Positions 58,199 through 64,000 of a DNA stretch of 64,000 nucleotides are shown here, piece by piece (position 1 is the stretch's first letter; each line of letters starts with the position of its first letter). A program made the translations under genes and the position numbers. The DNA comes from Bacillota bacterium (GTDB lineage Bacteria > Bacillota > Sulfobacillia > DUSP01 > JBFMCS01), in assembly GCA_040754315.1 (NCBI GenBank), contig JBFMCS010000049.1, positions 8,347 through 72,346 on the forward strand, read 5' to 3'. The notes beneath the pieces are model-generated. The model was not told the origin of the DNA. It was given only the letters and a program-made list of their open reading frames with translations, and did no database searches.

Positions 58199-60268
58199 CT
58201 ACCGGGTGACTGACTCCACGTCCTTGAGCCTTTCCAATGGTATGTGGCAGAGAATACGGTGGCCCAATTCGGATACTTGCTCCGGCGGCTCGCTGGTCCG
58301 GCAGATGTCCCCGAGATACCTGGGGCACCGGGTGTGAAAATGGCAGCCGGAGGGCGGCTCCACAGCGCTGGGCACGGTACCGCTCAGGCGGATGCGCCGT
58401 TGCTCTACACTGGGATCCGGTATCGGAACCGCTGATAGGAGGGCCTCGGTATAGGGGTGGTATGGCGGGGAGTAAATGGCATCCGCCGGTCCCACCTCGC
58501 AAATACGGCCCAGGTACATGACGGCCACATGGTCGGAAATGAACCGGACCACGCTCAGGTCATGTGCGATGAACACGATGGTGATGCCGTGTTCACGCTG
58601 GAGATCCACCAGGAGGTTGAGGATGGCCGCCTGCACCGAAACATCCAGTGCTGACAAGGGTTCATCACATATAACCACCTCCGGGTTCGCGGCAATGGCC
58701 CTGGCCACCGCCACCCGCTGCGCCTCTCCCCCACTCAGCTGGTGGGGGTAACGATCGAAGTAGCCCTCGTCCAGCCGCACGGCCTCCAGGAGCCTGGAGA
58801 CCTCGCCTCGCACCTGGGAAGCCGGGACGAGCTTGAAGCGGCGCAGGGAACGGCCTATCTGGTAACCGACGGTGAATGAAGGGTTGAGGGTGGAATCCGG
58901 GTTCTGGAACACCATCTGGAGCCTTCTGATGACGCGAAGATCCCTCTTGGCCAAAGGGGCGCTGATGTCCACACCCAGGAGTCTCATCTGCCCGGCAGAG
59001 GCTGGCTCAAGCCCGGCGATGGTCCGGGCGAGGGTGCTCTTGCCACACCCGGATTCACCCACGATGCCCAGAGTGCGGCCAGAGGATACCTGGAAACTCA
59101 CGCCATCCACCGCCTTGACATGGCGATGCGGCGCGAATCCCATCATGCTCAGGGCCGAGCGTCTCTCCTGGCGGTAGTAGGTCTTGAGATCCTGCACCTC
59201 CAGGACGGCCTCGTGTTCCCTGGCGGCAGGAGAGGCAGGAGAATAGGAGACACCGGGTGTGGCCCGCGCACCCCCATGGTCCAGATCATCCGCCAGGTGA
59301 CAGCTGACGAACCTCCCGGGGGCCAGCTCGCGTAGAACCGGCCGGCTATCCATGCACACCATGGCAGCGTAGTTGCATCGCGGCGCGAATATGCAGCCGG
59401 GCGGGATCTGCTCCGGCGAAGGTACATAGCCCGCTATGGGGTGCAGCTGGCTGGTCTCCTTGGTTCGCCCCAGTCTTGGCAGGCAACGGATGAGGCCGTT
59501 CGTGTAGGGGTGCAGGGGTTTCAGGAAAATGTCCTGAACTGGGGAGATTTCCACCATCTCACCAGCGTACATGACCCCCACAGAATCACAAAGCCTTGCC
59601 ACCACCCCTAGATCGTGGGTGATGTACACTATCGCGGCGTCCATTTCCCTTCGGAGTTCATCCACCAGGTCAAGCACGGTGGCCTCCACCGTAACGTCCA
59701 GGGCGGTGGTGGGTTCGTCCATGAGAAGAAGCCTAGGATTGCCGAGGAGCGCCATGGCAATGACCACGCGCTGCTGCTGGCCGCCGGAGAGCTGGTGAGG
59801 GTACCGCCGCATCAGCGCATCAGGGTCGGGCAGGTAGACACGTTTCACCATCTCGACGCATCGCCGAGCAGCCTCACGCCGTTTCATTCGCCCGTGAACC
59901 TCCAGGACCTCCTGGAGCTGCTCGCCGATGGTCAGAGAGGGGTTCAGCGCCTGGGTGGGATCCTGGTACACCATGGCCATCTTGTTACCCCTGAGACGGC
60001 GTAGCTCCTTAGGAGGAAGCCGCGTGAGGTCGTTCCCCTCAAACCAAATCTCGCCCCCGGCTATCCGGCCGTTTCGTCCCAGGAAGTTCACGATGCTGAA
60101 GGCCACGGAGGTCTTGCCGCACCCTGACTCGCCAACGACGCCGAAAACCTCTCCCAGGTGGACAGACAGACTCACATTGCGGACGGCGTTGACCTCACCC
60201 CTTCGCGTTGTGTAGGAAACGGCCAGGTCCTTGACTTTTAAGACCGGAACGCCGGGAGACCCGTTCAT
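58199..60268 (-). CDS. Peptide/nickel-type ABC transporter ATP-binding protein with two fused ABC domains (DppD-DppF fusion, GsiA/YejF-like)
   Basis: Two Walker A motifs (GESGCGKT, GESGCGKS), two LSGG signatures, and an oligopeptide C-terminal extension. Confidence 0.85.
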   Translation of the reverse strand: MNGSPGVPVLKVKDLAVSYTTRRGEVNAVRNVSLSVHLGEVFGVVGESGCGKTSVAFSIVNFLGRNGRIAGGEIWFEGNDLTRLPPKELRRLRGNKMAMVYQDPTQALNPSLTIGEQLQEVLEVHGRMKRREAARRCVEMVKRVYLPDPDALMRRYPHQLSGGQQQRVVIAMALLGNPRLLLMDEPTTALDVTVEATVLDLVDELRREMDAAIVYITHDLGVVARLCDSVGVMYAGEMVEISPVQDIFLKPLHPYTNGLIRCLPRLGRTKETSQLHPIAGYVPSPEQIPPGCIFAPRCNYAAMVCMDSRPVLRELAPGRFVSCHLADDLDHGGARATPGVSYSPASPAAREHEAVLEVQDLKTYYRQERRSALSMMGFAPHRHVKAVDGVSFQVSSGRTLGIVGESGCGKSTLARTIAGLEPASAGQMRLLGVDISAPLAKRDLRVIRRLQMVFQNPDSTLNPSFTVGYQIGRSLRRFKLVPASQVRGEVSRLLEAVRLDEGYFDRYPHQLSGGEAQRVAVARAIAANPEVVICDEPLSALDVSVQAAILNLLVDLQREHGITIVFIAHDLSVVRFISDHVAVMYLGRICEVGPADAIYSPPYHPYTEALLSAVPIPDPSVEQRRIRLSGTVPSAVEPPSGCHFHTRCPRYLGDICRTSEPPEQVSELGHRILCHIPLERLKDVESVTR

Positions 60269-60280
60269 CCGTCAGTCCTC

Positions 60281-61147
60281 CTACGCTTTCTCACGGATAC
60301 CGTCGACCAGCAGATTCAGGCCCACCACAAACGTGGAGATGGAAAGGGTGGGCCACAGCACGGCCCAGGGGTTCAGCCAGATCTGCCTGCGAGCCCGGGC
60401 CACCATGCTCCCCCAGTCTGGGTAAGGGGGCGGCAAACCCAGGCCCAAGAACCCAAGCGTGCCGATGGCGATGACGGCGTACCCTACCCTCAGCATTGCA
60501 TCCACCAGCACCGGGCCCATGGTATTCAGCAGGATCTCGGCCACCATGATATAAAGGGGGCTCTCTCCCCTGAGCTTGGCCGCCGCCACATACTCGCGGG
60601 TCCTCACATCCAGAGTCAGGCTGCGCACCAGCTTGGCAATGCCTGGCGCCCCGGCCAGGACGATGGCCAAGACAACGTTGGTGGCGGAAGGCCCCACCGC
60701 GGCTATGATGACCAGGTAGATCAGGATGGGCGGGAAGGCCATCATGGCATCGACCACCCGCATCACGACTTCATCTGTCCATCCTCCGTAGTACCCAGAT
60801 GCCAGGCCCATTGCCGCGCCTGCCATAAGGGACAGCAAGACAGACAGGGGCGCCAGGAGCAGTACGGGGCGTGCCCCGTACAGGAGCCGGGACAGGAGGT
60901 CGCGACCCAGGTCGTCCGTGCCCAGGGGGTGAGCGGCGCTGGGCCCTGTGTTGATGGCATGTATGTCTTGTTCCAGTGGATCATAGGGAGCCAGCACTGG
61001 GGCGAACACCGCCCCGAGGACCCAGAAGGCAATCAGGCAGAAGCCAACTGTGGCCGTCCAAGAGGAGAAGACGACCCTCACGGCCGCCCGGAATCGGGCG
61101 ACTGCACCCTTGTCACGGCCCCTAGCGATCATACCTGCTTTCACCAC
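60281..61147 (-). CDS. ABC transporter permease (DppC/OppC-like)
   Basis: BPD_transp_1 core with N-terminal OppC-type TM. Confidence 0.8.
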   Translation of the reverse strand: MVKAGMIARGRDKGAVARFRAAVRVVFSSWTATVGFCLIAFWVLGAVFAPVLAPYDPLEQDIHAINTGPSAAHPLGTDDLGRDLLSRLLYGARPVLLLAPLSVLLSLMAGAAMGLASGYYGGWTDEVVMRVVDAMMAFPPILIYLVIIAAVGPSATNVVLAIVLAGAPGIAKLVRSLTLDVRTREYVAAAKLRGESPLYIMVAEILLNTMGPVLVDAMLRVGYAVIAIGTLGFLGLGLPPPYPDWGSMVARARRQIWLNPWAVLWPTLSISTFVVGLNLLVDGIREKA

Positions 61148-61181
61148 AGCCCTCCACCACCTATGGAAGGTTTACACATGG

Positions 61182-62489
61182 TCATGAGTAACGGATCCTT
61201 GGGTTAAGCAGTGTGTAGATCAGATCGGCCGCCAGCTGTGTGCCCACAGCCAGGGCGACCATGATCATCGTGGCGGCTTGCATGGCAAACACATCCTTGT
61301 AGAGGGATGCCTGGTAGATATACATCCCGATACCAGGAAAACCAAAAATGGCCTCTACAACCACGATGCCCCCGATGAGCCAGTTGACATGGTACATTAT
61401 TACGGTGATAGGCGCCATGAGAGCGTTTCTGAGGGCGTGCTTCATTATGACGGTCTTCTGGGGCAATCCCTTCAAGATGGCCGTCCTGACATAGCCCGTG
61501 CCCATAACCTCAATCATGCTGGCTCGGGTAATCCTGAGAACGTACCCGAGATCGATCAAGGCCAAGGTCAGTACAGGCAGGATCAGCATCTTGGGGTCGG
61601 CGAATATGGCGTCCGGCCTGTCGAAGACCGTGGCCCCCGGCAGGAGCCCGAGCCAGGACGAAAACACCAGGATCAGCAGGAGGCCTGTGGCGAATTCGGG
61701 ACTCACCGTGGTCATCAGGCCACCGATGGAAAGGACCCGGTCAATCCAACGGCTTCGGTTGACACCGGCTATGATCCCCAGGACCAGGCCGATGGGCATC
61801 ACGATGACGAAGGCTATGGCCGCCAGGACCAGCGAGTTTAGGAAGCGGCGAGGCAGGGCATCCGCTATGGGGCGTCCTGTCTGGATCGACACGCCAGGGT
61901 CTCCTCGGAGAATGCCTTTCTGTAGCGGGATGTACTCAACGCCTCCGCCGGACTGGGATACCCAGAAGCCTGCGGTCTTGGCGCGGACCCAGACCGTGAC
62001 GTCATCCCCCCGGATCCAGTGGACGGCACGATTATGCCCGTCCACGCCCCAGAAGCTTTCGACTCCTGTGTTGCCGTCCGGTTGCCACCTGTCGTTGTCC
62101 GGCTCCTCCCGGGTATTGCCATCCGGTAACAGGGTCTGCCTGACGAGGTCCTGGCCTTCCAGTCGCCACCTGACGAGCGAGCCGTCGGTTTCCACGGCCC
62201 ACCATTCCCGGAACCCCGCATCCGACCGCACAAGCCTCAAGGGCAGCCCGATCTTCCGGGCAGCCTGCCAGTCGTTCCCTATGATGGAGGCCAGGTACCG
62301 GCTGTACAAGGGCTGATTTAGGCCCAGCTGGGCGTGAAAGGAGGCTTCCTGTTCCGGGGTAGCGAAGGCGCCCAGTATGTTCCGGGCCACATTCCCGGGC
62401 GCCACCTCAGCCATGAGGAAGATCACAACGGACACCACCAGCATTGTGACAAACATGCTGACAACTCGCCTCAGGAGAAACTTGACCAT
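61182..62489 (-). CDS. ABC transporter permease (DppB/OppB-like) with an about 120-aa periplasmic insertion
   Basis: DppB-like N-terminus and C-terminal EAA core. A W/D/G-rich insertion follows TM1. Confidence 0.75.
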   Translation of the reverse strand: MVKFLLRRVVSMFVTMLVVSVVIFLMAEVAPGNVARNILGAFATPEQEASFHAQLGLNQPLYSRYLASIIGNDWQAARKIGLPLRLVRSDAGFREWWAVETDGSLVRWRLEGQDLVRQTLLPDGNTREEPDNDRWQPDGNTGVESFWGVDGHNRAVHWIRGDDVTVWVRAKTAGFWVSQSGGGVEYIPLQKGILRGDPGVSIQTGRPIADALPRRFLNSLVLAAIAFVIVMPIGLVLGIIAGVNRSRWIDRVLSIGGLMTTVSPEFATGLLLILVFSSWLGLLPGATVFDRPDAIFADPKMLILPVLTLALIDLGYVLRITRASMIEVMGTGYVRTAILKGLPQKTVIMKHALRNALMAPITVIMYHVNWLIGGIVVVEAIFGFPGIGMYIYQASLYKDVFAMQAATMIMVALAVGTQLAADLIYTLLNPRIRYS

Positions 62490-62556
62490 TCTGGAAGCCC
62501 CTTATCAGGGGGAGGCCGCGAGAACGCCCTCCCCCCCCGTTATAGTGCCGCTCCGG

Positions 62557-63999
62557 CTAGGCCTTTTGGAGCCAGACGTCGTGGTACTGGCAGTACTGGC
62601 TGGGATGAGCCTGAAGGTTCTCCACGCCCTTGCGAAATATGGCGAAGGCATCGGACCAGTACGCGATCCCGATGGACCCTCGGTCCCGCTGTATTTCCTG
62701 GAGCTTGTGTATGATCCTGCGCCTTTCGTCCACGTCCAGGGTCATCTCTGCTTCGTCAAGCAGCGTCTGGAACTCCTGGTCCACCCAGCGAGTCTCGTTC
62801 CAGGGCACAGGTGTGCCGTCGGCCTCAGCGGTGTAAGCCAGCCGGAGGCACATGGTTCCCAGCGGGCGGTGGCCCCACCAGGTTATGCCCAGGTCCACCT
62901 CTGTCCACTGGTCCCAGTAGACAGAAGTGGGGACGGGCTCGATCTGGATGCGGAACCCGGCCGCGGCGGCGTCTTGCTGAAGCACCTCAGCGTAAGCCAC
63001 CTGTTCGGGATAGCCACTGGCTACCGTGAGCTTCAGATCGATGCCGTCTGGATAGCCCGCCTCCGCCAGGAGCGCCTTGGCCCGCGCGGTGTCGAAGGGC
63101 AGAGGCGGAAGGTCATAGTACTCAGGGTGGGACGGGGCAACGTGGGCATCATTGGCCACCACACCCTCGCCGAAGTAGGTAAGGGACAGTATCTTCTCCC
63201 GGTCCTGGCAAAGCTTCAGCGCCAGCCGTACCCGGTTGTCGTCATAGGGCTGCCGGTCCACACGCATTCTCAACACTCTGGTGCTAGCGGTGGTCACCTG
63301 CTGGATCACGGCACCCGGGAAATCCTTGAGGGCCCGGTAACCGTCAATATCCACCAGGTCGCCGAAGTCTATGTGGTCGATCCGGCCCGCCTGGAAGGCC
63401 GTGACGTGGGGGGCCACCTCATCGCCCAGATCGATGAAGATTACCTCATCCAGATAGGGGAGGGCCTGGCCGTCCGCGCCCGTCTGCCAGTAACCGTCCC
63501 GCCTCTTGAGAACGACTCGTTCTCCTTCCAGCCATTCCTGGATGGTGAAGGGCCCAGTACCAACGGGGGCCTTCAAGACATCCCCTTCGAAACTCCTGTG
63601 GAGGACGAAATTGGGGTAGTGGAAAAGGTGCTCGGGCACTCCGATTTGAGCGTTGGCCAGATGCAGTTTGACCTCGTAGTCATTGACCTTCTCAATGTTG
63701 CCGGGGCTCAGGTAGGACATGAGGCCCAGGGTCGAGGACCCCACCTCTGGATCCAGCCATTGCTTCAAGGTGAACACCACGTCATCGGCAGTGAATTCCT
63801 GCCCGTTGTTCCACCTTATGCCTTTTTTTAAGTATAGCCCCCATGTCTTCAGGTCTTCGCTGGCTTCCCACCTCTCGAGCAGGTACGGGTGGGTGATGTT
63901 GGCTTCATCCGTGTAGCTTAGGTACTCGAAAACATTCCGCAGCATATTGGAGGGGGCCACCCAGGAGAGGCGGGCCGGGTGGTCCACTCGGCTGACCAC
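62557..63999 (-). CDS. ABC transporter substrate-binding protein, family 5 (DppA/OppA-like), N-terminus beyond window
   Basis: SBP_bac_5 body. The ORF is still open at the window edge. Confidence 0.75.
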   Translation of the reverse strand: MVSRVDHPARLSWVAPSNMLRNVFEYLSYTDEANITHPYLLERWEASEDLKTWGLYLKKGIRWNNGQEFTADDVVFTLKQWLDPEVGSSTLGLMSYLSPGNIEKVNDYEVKLHLANAQIGVPEHLFHYPNFVLHRSFEGDVLKAPVGTGPFTIQEWLEGERVVLKRRDGYWQTGADGQALPYLDEVIFIDLGDEVAPHVTAFQAGRIDHIDFGDLVDIDGYRALKDFPGAVIQQVTTASTRVLRMRVDRQPYDDNRVRLALKLCQDREKILSLTYFGEGVVANDAHVAPSHPEYYDLPPLPFDTARAKALLAEAGYPDGIDLKLTVASGYPEQVAYAEVLQQDAAAAGFRIQIEPVPTSVYWDQWTEVDLGITWWGHRPLGTMCLRLAYTAEADGTPVPWNETRWVDQEFQTLLDEAEMTLDVDERRRIIHKLQEIQRDRGSIGIAYWSDAFAIFRKGVENLQAHPSQYCQYHDVWLQKA

Positions 64000-64000
64000 G

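Noticed and set aside
1-64000. CRISPR arrays or other tandem direct repeats.
   Set aside because: No periodic repeat-spacer pattern was seen anywhere in the window.

Overview
This is a high-GC (about 65-70%) bacterial chromosomal segment, probably from a Gram-positive or Clostridia-like thermophile. It carries a largely conserved backbone plus several low-GC accessory patches.

From left to right the window holds:
- A complete phosphate regulon block: pstS 3' end, pstC, pstA, pstB, phoU, then a phoP/phoR-like two-component system.
- A ytxH/DUF948 stress pair, citramalate synthase, a TPP enzyme and an FAD oxidoreductase.
- An insertion-sequence hotspot: an IS1595-family transposase immediately followed by an IS605-family TnpB (RNA-guided nuclease).
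- A GNAT acetyltransferase, a TPR lipoprotein, EamA transporters and a solute-binding lipoprotein.
- A carbamate kinase followed by a sigma-54 enhancer-binding regulator. Next to these sit a saccharopine-dehydrogenase-like gene, a LysE exporter, and a non-pyrrolysine MttB-superfamily methyltransferase plus corrinoid protein operon preceded by a near-consensus sigma-54 -24/-12 promoter.
- OsmC, a polysaccharide deacetylase, and a holin-like small membrane protein beside a DUF1287 lipoprotein.
- A low-GC island with a Phd/VapC toxin-antitoxin pair, an IS4-type transposase fragment, a PDZ-gene remnant and an orphan 195-aa protein behind a perfect 18-bp palindrome.
- A seven-gene minus-strand catabolic operon: small DUF3311-like protein, Na+/solute symporter, amidohydrolase, a hidden 35-38 aa membrane peptide, two carbon-nitrogen hydrolases (one AguB-like) and a class-III aminotransferase.
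- A YedF-like TusA/DsrE protein, an FG-GAP-repeat lipoprotein, and a cobalamin riboswitch with terminator in front of cbiA and cobO.
- A DUF3006/ComEC-like MBL hydrolase pair, a frameshifted alpha/beta hydrolase, and two tRNA-Leu genes with promoter and terminator.
- A lytic transglycosylase, coaE, an acyl-CoA carboxyltransferase, an APC permease and an M23 peptidase.
- A TAXI-like binding protein with DUF1850, a second MttB-superfamily methyltransferase, and a Dpp/Opp-type ABC importer whose binding protein runs off the window end.

The most interesting candidates are, in order: the sigma-54-controlled MttB/corrinoid locus with its lysine-associated neighbours, the second MttB paralog embedded in transporter genes, the amide/ureido-amine catabolic operon, and the low-GC island with its orphan gene. 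All functional assignments are from reading the translated ORFs against family hallmarks I recognise; no database search was run.
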